DNA of 64,000 nt from Octopus bimaculoides (Eukaryota), in assembly GCF_001194135.2 (NCBI RefSeq), contig NC_069001.1, forward strand, positions 36,700,351 to 36,764,350. The letters run 5' to 3'. Below the pieces are notes generated by a model. It did not search any database, was not told where the DNA came from, and was given only the letters and a program-made list of their open reading frames with translations. The position numbers were made by a program, and so were the translations under genes. Within the stretch, counting starts at the first letter, position 1. Each line of letters starts with the position of its first letter. Of this stretch, positions 25,871 through 39,225 are shown in pieces.

Positions 25871-26049
25871 GTTAGTATTGTTGTTGTTATTATTGTTTAA
25901 TTTATCCTCATCACCCCTTCACTAGGCCAGTTCTTTGATCAAAAATGTTTCAGACACAATAGTTTCATCTTATTTTTTGGCTTGTAGTGTTTCTACAAGT
26001 ACATTATCTATAAAGTGTCTATAAGATGATAAAGGAAGATTTAGCTGCT

Positions 26050-26375
26050 ATTTCTAGAAGATTGAGTGACTATATAATCTCATCTCCTCTAGGTCGTCGT
26101 CCCATAGGATGCCCCAAGACTGTTTCCACGCATTTTCCCCATCCGTCTCGATCTTCCATACCAGAATCCTCCAGCAACTTGTCAATATAAGTCATCTTCC
26201 TCCTTCCTCTCTTGGTTCTTCCTTCTGTTGGTTGCCAGAGCACCAGCTTGTTAGCAATTTCATCAATGTGTCTGATGCAGTGTCCAGCTAGCCTCATCCT
26301 TCTATGCTGTATCTTCAATGTTACTTTTGGTAGTCTCCGGTATAAGTCAGAGATGGCTAACAACTTTGACTATTT
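26050..26375 (-). mobile_element. RTE-clade LINE 3' fragment
   Basis: LPKVTLKIQHRRMRLAGHCIRH..NKLVLWQPTEGRTKRGRRKMTYID..MEDRDGW is typical of an RTE ORF C-terminus. Confidence 0.85.
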
Positions 26376-26494
26376 AAAGCAGTAGTTCTCAGCCAGGGTC
26401 CATGTAAGATTTTGCTGCTAATACTAGGGTCAGTATAATCGACTTACCCCTTTCCCCAAACTCACTGGCCTTGTGCCAAAATTTGAAATCATCA

Positions 26495-26529
<35 letters not shown>

Positions 26530-26539
26530 TACTCTTCAG

Positions 26540-26696
26540 AATGAGATGAGTGCTTTGAAAGCAGACAATGACCGGTTAACTCGAATGGTCACCACTAAAA
26601 ACCTAAACATGTCGACTTCCTCCCTACATCACCAAGTGAGCAATGATTCTCTTGACCGCAGTCTTAGTTTGGCATCATCAGATCACGGTAGTCTTG
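26540..26696 (+). CDS. NAV: Neuron navigator exon (NEMSALKADNDRLTRMV...SDHGSL)
   Basis: cttcag| acceptor, G|gtaagt donor, 157 nt, phase 0 to 1; continues the coiled coil in frame. Confidence 0.93.
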
Positions 26697-28763
26697 GTAA
26701 GTAGAAACATTTCGTTTCCTCCATGCTCCCCACCTATTAACGTAACAAATATAATGACATTGTTTTTTCCTGTGTTTTTGTTAGGGTTTTTTTTCTTCAT
26801 TCTCCATTACCAGAACTCTTTATAGTGCACCAACATTATTATTATTATGTCAATGGGGATTGTTGGATCTACATTTGTCTCATGTACTTTCACCCTCTCT
26901 TTCCAATCTTTTTCTTTCTTTATCTCTCTCTTTCTCAATCTCTTTCATTCTTTGTTATCTATTCTCTTTCTCTCCTTCATACATCTTTCTTCACCACACG
27001 TCCAATCCTGCATCTATATATATGTGTATGTGTGTGTGTTTGTATTTGTGTACTACTGCTTCACGCAACCTGTATTGGTTTGTTTACTTAGCAGTTTGAC
27101 AAAAGAGACTTTTAAAAAATGAGGACTCGGTTTGTTTGTTTTTTTTGTTTTTGTTTTTTTTGTTTTTTTTGTAACTGGACCCTTTGAGGTGGTGCCCAAG
27201 CATGGCCACAATCCAGTGACTGAAACAAGTAAAAAAATAAAATAAAGATAAAGATTTACAGCTGTGCATTATCATTGTAGAAACTTTTATCTTTTCTGTC
27301 TAAATGAAATATTCCGTGTTTACCAAATTTTTTTATGAAAGTTAAAATCAAAGACTCAGGTGCTACGAGAGGAAAAAACTGTTTAAATTAGCTCCTTTTG
27401 TTATGTTTAAAAAGAATCTTTTCAGCTAAATTCATTTATTTNNNNNNNNNNNNNNNNNNNNNNNNNNNNNNNNNNNNNNNNNNNNNNNNNNNNNNNNNNN
27501 NNNNNNNNNNNNNNNNNNNNNNNNNNNNNNNNNNNNNNNNNNNNNNNNNNNNNNNNNNNNNNNNNNNNNNNNNNNNNNNNNNNNNNNNNNNNNNNNNNNN
27601 NNNNNNNNNNNNNNNNNNNNNNNNNNNNNNNNNNNNNNNNNNNNNNNNNNNNNNNNNNNNNNNNNNNNNNNNNNNNNNNNNNNNNNNNNNNNNNNNNNNN
27701 NNNNNNNNNNNNNNNNNNNNNNNNNNNNNNNNNNNNNNNNNNNNNNNNNNNNNNNNNNNNNNNNNNNNNNNNNNNNNNNNNNNNNNNNNNNNNNNNNNNN
27801 NNNNNNNNNNNNNNNNNNNNNNNNNNNNNNNNNNNNNNNNNNNNNNNNNNNNNNNNNNNNNNNNNNNNNNNNNNNNNNNNNNNNNNNNNNNNNNNNNNNN
27901 NNNNNNNNNNNNNNNNNNNNNNNNNNNNNNNNNNNNNNNNNNNNNNNNNNNNNNNNNNNNNNNNNNNNNNNNNNNNNNNNNNNNNNNNNNNNNNNNNNNN
28001 NNNNNNNNNNNNNNNNNNNNNNNNNNNNNNNNNNNNNNNNNNNNNNNNNNNNNNNNNNNNNNNNNNNNNNNNNNNNNNNNNNNNNNNNNNNNNNNNNNNN
28101 NNNNNNNNNNNNNNNNCCAACCACTTTACTTTAGAGTGTACTGGGTGCTTATTATGTGACACCGACACAAGTGCTTTTTGTGTGACACTACCATGAGTGC
28201 TTTTCATGTGGCACCAAAAAAAAATGTGAATCTAAATATGGTCAGATTCGAACAGTAAGTCAAAGACACTAAAATCACGTTTTTCTCTTTGGAAAGAACA
28301 ATGGAGAATTTGTGTGTTTTTCTTCATGAAGGGGTCAAAATGTTCCCCTTGGAAAGAACAATGAACTATATGTGTGTGTGTGTGTGTGTGTGTATACATA
28401 GGTGAGGTGGCAGAATTGTTAGCATGCAGGGTGAAATGCTCAATGGTATTTCATCCATCTTTTTGTTTTGAGTTCAAATTCTATTCTGCTGAGGTCGACT
28501 TCGCTTTTCATCCTTTCAGGTTCAAGAAAATTGGTACCAGTTTGGTACTGAGGTTGACATAATCAATTTAATTACTCCGGGTATGAGTGTGAAAGACTGC
28601 ATCCCTCTGCCAAGCCATTTTGGGTCAGTGCGGCAGAGAAGGCTCATCAAACCAGTATGATCTCAAACCATTTTCTGATCAAGAGAACATGCTGAGGCCT
28701 TCATCCTGCAGTGGGCTGAACATGGGCAATCCACTATATATATATATATGTATGTATGTATAT

Positions 28764-28960
28764 AAAAGACATGTTAGGATCCACAATGAGCAGAACTTAC
28801 CTGCAGGTATTGGTAGTTCAAATCAGAGGTGCAATCTGTGTGGGTATTTTTTCAAAACATTGTCTGGTTTAAAAAGCCACATCAGACGCCATGAAAGGGC
28901 TAAGGTGTAGGTGCAGGAGGTGGTCAAACTCTGTGTAAGGAGTAGACAACCATCATATGG
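28764..28960 (+). mobile_element. Probable RTE-type LINE 3' end with a C2H2 finger
   Basis: KRHVRIH..CNLCGYFFKTLSGLKSHIRRH (28830-28892), stop at 28908-28910, short tail; fused to a TA tract on the left. Confidence 0.55.
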
Positions 28961-29894
28961 ACAATAGTATATTGTGTGTGTGTTTTCCTTCCTTCCTGAA
29001 AGGGTCAAATCTTCTTCCTCTTAGAAAGAACTACAAACATTGGTATACTTTGTGTGTTTTCCTCACTGAAATAAACAATGCAAACCAACGTAGACACTCA
29101 ATTCCACAGGTCTAACTATCCCTCTTTTACTTCCCACAATAATGACTGGTACCTATTATATGATGCAGAGTCTGTTGTTTCACTTAAACCATCCAGATTC
29201 TTGTTCGTTTTCAAAAATGAATTCATAAACATGTGACTTGTGTATTTCACGAGGGATCTGGTTGTGAAGGGGTTAAAATATCAGAGACAGCTTGGCACGG
29301 GAGAGGTAAACTAAAAGAGGGGAAGGAAATCATGAAAGGCTTTATGTTATCTGCGTAATAGACTAAGGTAGACTTAGATCAAACAGTGGAACGGGTCTGG
29401 TGTAATTGTATAGCGTCTCATGGCTGCAAGAGGATGTTTGACAGCAGGGAAACTTAAGAAGACTAAACAAAGATAAGCTGTGCAAATGAAAACAGATCTT
29501 TTGGGGCAGCACTGACGATAATGATAGAAAATAATAATAATAATAATAATAATAATGAGAAAGATGGAAAATTACACTGAACTCTTCAGACTGCAATTCT
29601 ATGGTATTGAATTGCTAGCCACTCCCTCTAAAAAAAATAATGATATTTTGGTTTCAAATTTTGGCACAAGGCCAGCAATTTTGAGGGGAGGGGTAAGTTG
29701 AATTCATCAACCCTAGTTCTTAACTGGTACGTTATTTTATCCACCCCCAGAAAGATTGCACAGCAAGGTTGGCCTCAACAGAATTTAAACCCAGAAGGTA
29801 AAAAGTTGGAAGAAATACTGTGTAGTTACATTGCTGAAGTGTACTGCTATGCATTCATAAGAACTGTATCTAGTTTCTGATGGGGGCCCAGTGG

Positions 29895-30510
29895 AGGAGA
29901 GGTGCAGGAGTGGCTGTGTGGTAAGTAGCTTGCTTCCAACCACATGGTTCTGGGCTCAGTCCCACTGTGTGGCACCTTGGGTAAGTGTTTTCTACTATAG
30001 CTTCAGGCTGACCAAAGCCTTGTGAGTAGATTTGGTAGACGGAAACTGAAAGAAGCCTGTTGTACATATATATATATGATGATGATGATGATGATGATGA
30101 TAGATATATATATATATATATGTATGTGTGTTTGTGCGTCTGTGTTTGTTCCCCCCCCCCCTAACATCGCTTGACAACCGATGCTGGTGTGTTTATGTCC
30201 CTGTAACATAGCGGTTTGGCAAGAGAGACCGATAGAATAAGTACTAGGCTTACAAAGAATAAGTCCTGGGGGTGATTTGCTCGGNNNNNNNNNNNNNNNN
30301 NNNNNNNNNNNNNNNNNNNNNTAACATCGCTTGACAACCGATGCTGGTGTGTTTATGTCCCTGTAACATAGCGGTTTGGCAAGAGAGACCGATAGAATAA
30401 GTACTAGGCTTACAAAGAATAAGTCCTGGGGGTGATTTGCTCGGCTAAAAGCAGTGCTCCAGCATGACTGCAGTCAAATAACAGAAACAAGTAAAAGAAT
30501 AAAAGAATCC
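29895..30510 (+). mobile_element. Near-complete family C SINE (contains an artefactual 123-bp duplication across a gap)
   Basis: Head aggtgcaggagtggctgtgtggtaag, internal microsatellites, tail gtgctccagcatgactgcagtcaaataacagaaacaagtaaaagaat. Confidence 0.9.
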
Positions 30511-30981
30511 TTCTGACGTTGATAATAAGATAGATGTGTGTTTTTGAGAGGCCACGGTAGAGCAGGGTTAAGGGGTACCCTTCCCCTCGTTGAATCAGTG
30601 CTTAGTTCTGCACTGTGTAGCATCAAATGGACGGGAAGATGAAACTCCTTGAGGATAGGATGTCAGCTGAAGCGAAGAAAGGCGACTCGTTGCTTGTTAA
30701 TTCAGGATGTAATGTGGGTGGGAGTGAGTCGGGGTACGGGCGTGGTCATGGTGACATGACGGTGTGCGTTAGGGGGCTTAAATTTGAGAGGTTCCTTAAC
30801 TAGACCGTCATCATCATCACCGCCACCACTTTTGCCATCATCAACATCATCATAATCACTGTTGTCATCATAATGGAAATGGCAGTGGTGGTGGTGTTAT
30901 TGTTTCATCTCAAATCCGTTCAAATTGAGAAATCTTATGATCTAGGATCAAATCCAATGTGTTTCTTACTTTTCTCTCTCT

Positions 30982-31020
<39 letters not shown>

Positions 31021-31589
31021 CTCGCTCTAATACAAACAAAAATGAGGTATGATTTGAGGAAGATTTTACTGCTCTTTCTAGCAATGTAAATGTCTGCACA
31101 GTCAGAGTGGCATTGAAGGCCGTTGCTGCTTCTTTTTGCATTTCTTGTCAAGCATCAGTTTTAGTCATGTTGTCCTGCCACCAGAGCTGTCTTCCCATTC
31201 CTGAAATTCCTAACTTTGTGCCAATGGTACGCCTTCCTTATTGAAAAGGAAAGAAAACAAAGAACTAAAGGAGGGTTGTGAGTTGACAGAGGAGATTGAT
31301 CATCACCATCATCATTATCATCACCATCATCATCTTTGCTCATTTTAATGTCCGTATTTGCATGGCTCAAATGGAATTTGTTGAGTCAGATTTTCAATGG
31401 CCCAATTGCCCGTCTTGTTGCCAGTCCTTACATGCTTCCAAATAAGATGGTATTTCCCCATGGCCAGATATGGATGATGGAAAATGAAGGGCACCTCGTT
31501 TGATGATGCTCATTTACAAGTAACACATCTTGTCAAGACAAGACATCACTCACACACACACACACACACACACCATCATCATTATCATT

Positions 31590-31902
31590 ATCATCATTTA
31601 ACATCCGTTTTCCATACTGCCATAGGTTGAACGGTTTGACTGGGGTCTGGGAAGCCAGGAAGCTGCACCAGGCTTCAATCTGATCTGGCAAGGTTTCTAC
31701 AGCTGGATGCCCTTCCTAACGCCAACCACTCAGAGAGTGTAGTGGGTGCTTTTTACATGCCCCCAGCATAGGGGCCAGTCAGGTGGCACTGGCATCGACC
31801 ACACTCAAATGGTGCTTTTTACATACCACTAGCACAGGTGCCAGTCAGGCGGCACTGGCCTCAACCCCGCTCGAATGGTTCTTTTTTATGTGCCACTGGT
31901 AC
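31590..31902 (-). mobile_element. Family D retroposon-like repeat with (GAT)n tail and internal 66-bp tandem units
   Basis: catcatcatttaacatccgttttccat...ggatgcccttcctaacgccaacc, then 66-bp units into a gap. Relatives near 37210, 49705, 54520, 61620 and 62375. Confidence 0.8.
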
Positions 31903-32593
31903 NNNNNNNNNNNNNNNNNNNNNNNNNNNNNNNNNNNNNNNNNNNNNNNNNNNNNNNNNNNNNNNNNNNNNNNNNNNNNNNNNNNNNNNNNNNNNNNNNN
32001 NNNNNNNNNNNNNNNNNNNNNNNNNNNNNNNNNNNNNNNNNNNNNNNNNNNNNNNNNNNNNNNNNNNNNNNNNNNNNNNNNNNNNNNNNNNNNNNNNNNN
32101 NNNNNNNNNNNNNNNNNNNNNNNNNNNNNNNNNNNNNNNNNNNNNNNNNNNNNNNNNNNNNNNNNNNNNNNNNNNNNNNNNNNNNNNNNNNNNNNNNNNN
32201 NNNNNNNNNNNNNNNNNNNNNNNNNNNNNNNNNNNNNNNNNNNNNNNNNNNNNNNNNNNNNNNNNNNNNNNNNNNNNNNNNNNNNNNNNNNNNNNNNNNN
32301 NNNNNNNNNNNNNNNNNNNNNNNNNNNNNNNNNNNNNNNNNNNNNNNNNNNNNNNNNNNNNNNNNNNNNNNNNNNNNNNNNNNNNNNNNNNNNNNNNNNN
32401 NNNNNNNNNNNNNNNNNNNNNNNNNNNNNNNNNNNNNNNNNNNNNNNNNNNNNNNNNNNNNNNNNNNNNNNNNNNNNNNNNNNNNNNNNNNNNNNNNNNN
32501 NNNNNNNNNNNNNNNNNNNNNNNNNNNNNNNNNNNNNNNNNNNNNNNNNNNNNNNNNNNNNAAACACTAATAATAATAAGTATAAATATAAAA

Positions 32594-32656
<63 letters not shown>

Positions 32657-33939
32657 CAGCAGCAGCAGCAGCAGTAATAATAGAGGTATAAGAACTGCTT
32701 TTAGCCAAATATTATTTTTGTGTTTGTATGTGTGTGCGTGTGCATATATATATGTGTGTGTGTATGCGTGTGTGTCATTCTTTGTGATTGTGTGTATGTA
32801 TATATGCAGGTATATTTGAATGTGTACATAGGTGTGTGCATCTATGTATATGTATATATTTCCCTCCCTCTCTCTCTCTTTCTCTCTCCTCATGTGTGTG
32901 TGTGTGTATATACACAGGCATATAGACATCCACACACCCACATTCACTCCCCACCTTGCCTAATCAGTGTGTGCTCATAGATATATCCAAGTATAAGGTT
33001 TCAGTAATAGGTTTTTATTAAGTACGAAAATATCCTTAAAAATATAGGATCTACACATCATTGCCTCCACCATGTGTCGATGTATTCCTCTCCTGTACAC
33101 ATGCGTGCATGTGTGTGTGTGTTAAAGAAAATATGTATCTAACTCCAAATTGAATATTAAAAATATATTAAATTTTTAACATTACAATCTAAAATAAAAT
33201 CTATATTATTAACAGGATGTGTTTAAATAAGAAGTAAAGGAAGGTGAGGTCATATTTTTTCCGTTAGTTGCATTGATAGATTATTAAATGGTGATGGTGG
33301 CGGTGGTGGTGGTGGTGGTTGCAGTGTAGAGCAAGGAAATAAATAGCATTTGTGCAGAGAAACTGCAGGAAGCCTCTGTCTTGAATTCCAAGAATCACTG
33401 TTCTTATTTTGCATTCCCAAAACAGCTGTTATCACATGCAGAACGGATCCGGCTTTCAGCCAAATCTGTCATGAAGATCCACCCACCGTTTTGCTTTGCT
33501 TTGGCTACGAAGGGTGGGTTGCTGGTTGTCTTTTATTTTTTTTCTGCTCAGTGTCTACTGCAGCACCAAAGATTGTTGGGTTGACAAATGAGCTTTTCCT
33601 CTTTCAGAGAAAATCCTCTTCAGTTTCTTTGAGGAAATTCTTGTTTCAGACAAAAATGTATGAAAGGTTGGTGAGAGAGGCAAAATTGGTGTAACTAAGT
33701 CACTGGTATAGCCTGCTCGTGAAGTTAATGTGCAAGTGGCTGAGTACTCCACAGACATGTGTACCTTTAATGTTGTTCTGAGGGAGATTCAGTGTGACAC
33801 AGAGTGTGACACAGAGTGTGACAAGGCTGGCCACTTTGAATTACAGGCACAACTTGTTTGCACCAACTGAGTGGACTGGAGCAATGTGAGGTAAAGTGTC
33901 TTGCTCAAGGACACAATACTTAACAGTATTTCTTTGGAC

Positions 33940-34540
33940 TTTTCATGATCTGAGTTCAAATTCTGCTGTGATCAACTTTGCCTTTCATACTCTAGGGGTT
34001 AACAAAACACTGTTACTAATCAAATACTGGGGCCAACTGGTAGCCTTGTGCCAAAAATTAGAAAGAATTATTATTGTTATTCAGGCGTCAAGCTGGTAGA
34101 ATTGTTAACATTCCAGACAAGTTGCTTAGTGGCATTTCATCCAACTTTATATTCTGGGTCCAAATTTTGCCGAGGTCGACTTTGCCTTTCATCCTTTCAG
34201 GGTCGATGAAATAAGCACCAGTCAAACACTGGGGTCAATGCAATCAACTTACCCCCTGCCCCCAAATTTCAGGCCTTGTACCTGTAGTAGAAAGGATCAT
34301 TATTATTATTATTATTAAGATGGTGAGCTGGCAGAATCATTAGCATGCCAGGCAAAATACTTAGCAGCATTTCACCCATCCTTACGTTCTGAGTTCAAAT
34401 TCTGCTGAGGTCGATTTTGTTTTTCGTCCTTTTGGAGATTGATAAATTAAGTACCAGTTATGCACTGGGGTCGATGTAATCAACTGGTCTCCTCCCCCCC
34501 AAAAAAATGTCAGGCTTTGTGCCTATGGTAGAAAGGATTA
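33940..34540 (+). mobile_element. Three head-to-tail family A SINEs
   Basis: About 33940-34070, 34081-34300 and 34317-34540 with (ATT)n spacers; CpG sites mostly decayed. Confidence 0.85.
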
Positions 34541-35754
34541 ATAATAGTAGTAATAATACTGCATTTTAGCTCTGAGTTAAATGAAAACTCCCTTACTTGA
34601 AAATGCCGGTAAGGATCAATGACTGCCTCTGGCTGTAGAATAATATCTCAGTAGAATGTACTTCTCTAACCCATGCTATCATGGAAAATCAGATGTAAAG
34701 TAAATGAACAAATATAATTGCTCTACAGTCATGTTGTCTTTCAAAAATGTGTGCGTGTGTGTGGGGGTTACTAATGAGTAAGATGTTAGTTAAGTCTGCA
34801 GTTGATGGCGAAGGCAAGATCAGATTCCAAAACCAAGAAATAACCGAAACCTTTGCAAATTAACGAGAAAAGAGGAGAGAGTGTGTGTGTGTGTGTGTGT
34901 TACAAGCTCAGAACCATGTAACTATGTAACATGATTAGACAATTAGTACAAGGAATATTCTGTATGAGATAAGAGAGAAAGAGATTGTTTGAAAACCTTG
35001 GTACGATGAGTTCTGTTAAGGATCTCACTTACACACACACACACACACTTTGTTCTCTCTGTCTCTTTCTCTTCTTCTTTCCCCTTTTTTTTTCTACCCA
35101 GGTATGCAACAAATGCATACCAAATGCATCATCATCATCATTATTATCTTTGGACTTGTACAGATATTTGTACATTAGTCATTCTGGAAACTGATTCCAT
35201 GGCTTTATTACAAGGTTTCATTTTATTTTATTCCGTTTTCGTTATTTATTATTATTTTTTTTCTCTCTCTCTACCCATGTGCCAACATACACACACATTT
35301 TCATTACAACCAGTCTATTATATCTAGATTACGCTAACTTACGCAACTAGCAGCAGCAGCAGTGGTAGACCCTACGAATACTAAAAGTGCCTGAGTTGCA
35401 TTGATTTTCATGTGACTGAAGTACTTTTTAGAATTTGGTTGTGTCGGGGGGGAGGGGGTCTTTTGGTTGCTTCTCAACAAATTCTTCCACTTTCTCTGTA
35501 ATATAGGTTCAAGTCATTTTTTAGTGTATGCATACTTTACACGCACACTCACATATATATATATCGAATGTATTCATAACATACATTATAGATACACGCT
35601 CGTAAATAAATACGTGCATATATATAATAAGAAATATTACACACACACACACACCTTGGGCGAGTGTCTTCTACTATAGCCTCAGGCCAACCCAAAGCCT
35701 TGTGAGTGGATTTGGTAAAGAGAAACTGAAAGAATCCCATTGTATACATCTATA

Positions 35755-35787
<33 letters not shown>

Positions 35788-35791
35788 TTAT

Positions 35792-36095
35792 ATGATGGTG
35801 CATGGCTTAGTGGTTAGGGTGTCGGACTCACGATAGTGAGATCGCGGGTTTGATTCCCAGACTAGGCGTTGCGTTGTGTTCTTGAGCAAAAGCACTTTAT
35901 TTCATGTTGCTCTGCGATCATTTCGACATCTGCCATGTGACACCCAGTTGCACCTGGACAGGTAATGTCAATTTGATGGAGGGAGTGAGCTTATGTCTAC
36001 CCAGACATTTGATCACTATAAACAAATCATTTGTGTGGTTGTTCGGTAAGAAATTGCCAAACCCTCATACATCGTCTGATGACGAGAGAATCCAT
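35792..36095 (+). mobile_element. Family B SINE with a distinct tail
   Basis: ggtgcatggcttagtggttagggtg...gggtttgattccc head and gtgttcttgagcaaaagcac core. Confidence 0.8.
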
Positions 36096-36921
36096 TATAT
36101 ATATATATACACATATACACGACAGGCTTCTTTCAGTTTCCATCTACCAAATCCAGTCACAAGGCTTTGGTCGGCCCAAGGCTATAGTAGAAGACACTCA
36201 ATCCCCAAAGTGGCACACAGTAACTGCTTACATACATGGCTTTAGAAATGAGAGAATGTGATTTCAATATGTAATGAGAAATGTATGTCTGTGTAAGAAA
36301 AAGAAAAAGTGTGTGTGTGTGTGTGTGATATTTTAGCAACTTCATAAAATGACTGACTTCCAAATTCCCCAATTCTTCAAATGTGCAACTGAAAACAAAT
36401 GTATGCATGTGTGTGTGTGTGTGTGTAATATTTTATTATGTATATGCAAGTATATATTTATGAGTGTGTATATATTGTGTATGTTATGAATATATTCATA
36501 TATGTATACATTTCTTATTTGAAAAAGAGAGACGGTGGGGGAGGGGGGGGCACAAAGAGAAGAAAAAATTCTATGAAAAACACTATTTTCTAACTGCTTG
36601 TATTGGAATGGTTTTGATAACAAGAATCTGTTGCCATCTATGCATGGTTTTAGTAATTTGGTAAATGGAAACGCCACTTGTGCATTACCAAAAATCAAAA
36701 AAATATAAAGAAAGAAAGAAAGAAAGAAGAAAAGAATAAATTTGTCCCCAGAATGATACAAAACAGACAACGATATGCATATAGAATATTTGAAATAGAA
36801 ATTTACTTTCCATTATTGAAAAATAAAAGAAAAAACAATGAAATGGTATAAATTACTCGGACAGTCTTTGGAATCTATTGTACGGATGAGCTGAACGTGA
36901 TGTGATAATATTTAGGTTGTT

Positions 36922-36973
<52 letters not shown>

Positions 36974-37724
36974 CCTTGTAGTTGTAATAGTCAGCCACAA
37001 TACTTTCTGTCCATATTTGTTATGCTGTCGTTTCAATCTGAGCACACCAGATTCAGAAATGTTTATTATTTGCACCTACTTACTTACACATTGCGCTCCT
37101 ACTAGGAAATGCTTCGTGAAAATTATTTGGAATTTTTTTTGTGTGACGTGTATTTTGATACTTGAAATCCTACGAGTGTTTCACTGCTGTCAAAATTCAG
37201 TGTCTGACATCATCATCATCATCGTCGTCGTCGTTTTTAGCATCCACTTTTCCATGCTTGCATGGATGATATGGAATTCGTTGAGACAAATTTTCTACAG
37301 CAGGATACCCTTCCTGTCACCAACCCTCAACAGTTTCCATGTCATGTAATATTTCCCCATGGCTGGACATGTTCTCACAGAAAATTGAGAGTGAATTGAC
37401 ACCGCTTGTATGAAGGTGATGCTCACTTACAACTATCGCCTATTGCTAAAAGGAGGTACAAACATATACACTAGCATGCACACTCACACATACCTCAAGA
37501 CAGCAAGCAATATATATATATATATATATGGGTGGGTTAGTGACTGGTTAAAATAACCATCTAAGGGATAGAAATAGCTATTACACTACTGGTATATTAC
37601 CTATATTTAACCATGGGCATACATATGCAAACATATTATGTTCATAAGTTATAGGCAAAGACAAGGATAAACATGGATTTTCCATTTTCTGTTTTCGTTA
37701 AATATATACATATATATATATATG

Positions 37725-37783
<59 letters not shown>

Positions 37784-37926
37784 GTAGGTATGTAGATAGA
37801 TAGATATGCACCCAAGATCTATTTGTAACCAGTTAGCTTCACTTGGGTTAACAACACAACCATACACCACATCTTCCATGCTTGCTAAGGCACTGTCCTA
37901 CGTCCTACTCCGCACAACCAGGTGCC

Positions 37927-37979
<53 letters not shown>

Positions 37980-38529
37980 GAAGAACTTACCTCTTAACAC
38001 TGAAGCACTTTAGTTATTAGTTTTAGAATTAATTTGGATCATAATTCTGAGAATATGAAATAAGAAAATTTACCGGTGATACAAACAAAAAAGAAAGAAA
38101 TTAATAAATAAAGCAGATTGAATATTTCCACCAACATTTCTGAGTATAGTGAATTATATCTGTAAAATACAATAACTCTAGATTTTAAGATGTCTCTAGT
38201 AGGTTATGTAAAACTTAAGGGAAAATGCCCAAAAAAGAATGAAGAAAAAAACGTTTGGCAACATTTTGAAAAATATAGAAATTTGTTTGGCTTCATTTAA
38301 TGGACTTAAATATCTGAAATCTGATTTTAATTGTAGTTTTAAAAATGTTGCAAAACGATATTCTTCAAACTCTTTCGTCATTGTCATTGCCATCGTCGTC
38401 GTCATCATCATCATCACCATTGAAGTGTTTGCCTGTAGTTTAAAATACTCCTATGTATTGATAGTTTCTTTAGACACAATGTTGTGGCAGTAATGGTGGT
38501 GGTGGTGGTGACTTCGTCATGCTGGCAGT

Positions 38530-39225
38530 TGTTGCATCTCATTAAAGGCACAAGGCCGGTAATTTTGAGGGCCAGGGTGCAGAAGTTAATCACATCAATC
38601 CCAGTATTTGACTGGCTTATTATTTCAATCGACCCTGGATGAATGGAAAACAAAGCTTCTATCAATAGGATTTGAACTCAGGATGTGAAGAGCCTGAAGA
38701 AATATTGCAAAGCATTTTTTTCTGATGCTCAAACAATTTTGCCAACTCACTGCCTTTAATGATGATGATGATGATGATGATGACTTGAAACTTTGGCAGA
38801 AGGCTAGCAAGTTTGGGGAAGGGGTCTGGTCAATTACATCGACCCCCAACGCTCAACTGGTACTTATTTTATCAACTTGTAAAGGATGAAAGGCAAAGTC
38901 AACCTTGGTGGAATTTGAACACGAGACAGAAAGACAAATGAAATGCCATTGAACATTTTACTTGGCGTGCTAACGATTCTACCAGCTCACCGCCTTAATA
39001 ATGATGATGATAATGATAATAATAATAATAATAATCCTTTCTACTAAAGGCGCAAGGCCTGAAATTTGTGGGGAGGAGGATAGTCGATTACATCAACCCC
39101 AGTATTTCACTGAAAGTACGACAGGTAAAGTTGACCTCAGCGGAATTTGAATTCAGAACATAAAGACTAATGAAATGCCACTAGGCATTTTGTTTGGCAT
39201 GCTAACGATTCTGCCAGCTTGCCAA
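38530..39225 (-). mobile_element. Three head-to-tail family A SINEs
   Basis: About 38530-38757, 38785-38997 and 39035-39225 with (GAT)n/(AAT)n spacers. Confidence 0.85.

Noticed and set aside
30162-30444. Exact 123-bp direct repeat (30162-30284 and 30322-30444)
   Set aside because: Identical copies on both sides of a 37-N gap: unmerged contig overlap, not biology.
31745-31902. CRISPR- or REP-like look of the hairpin array
   Set aside because: Units are contiguous with no unique spacers, the context is eukaryotic, and there are no cas genes.
33350-33694. 114-aa intronic ORF
   Set aside because: Non-ATG start, no recognisable domain and no splice signals; at most a candidate non-coding element.
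36925-36973. 49-nt poly(T) as the tail of a processed retrocopy
   Set aside because: No polyadenylation signal, TSD or recognisable body adjacent.
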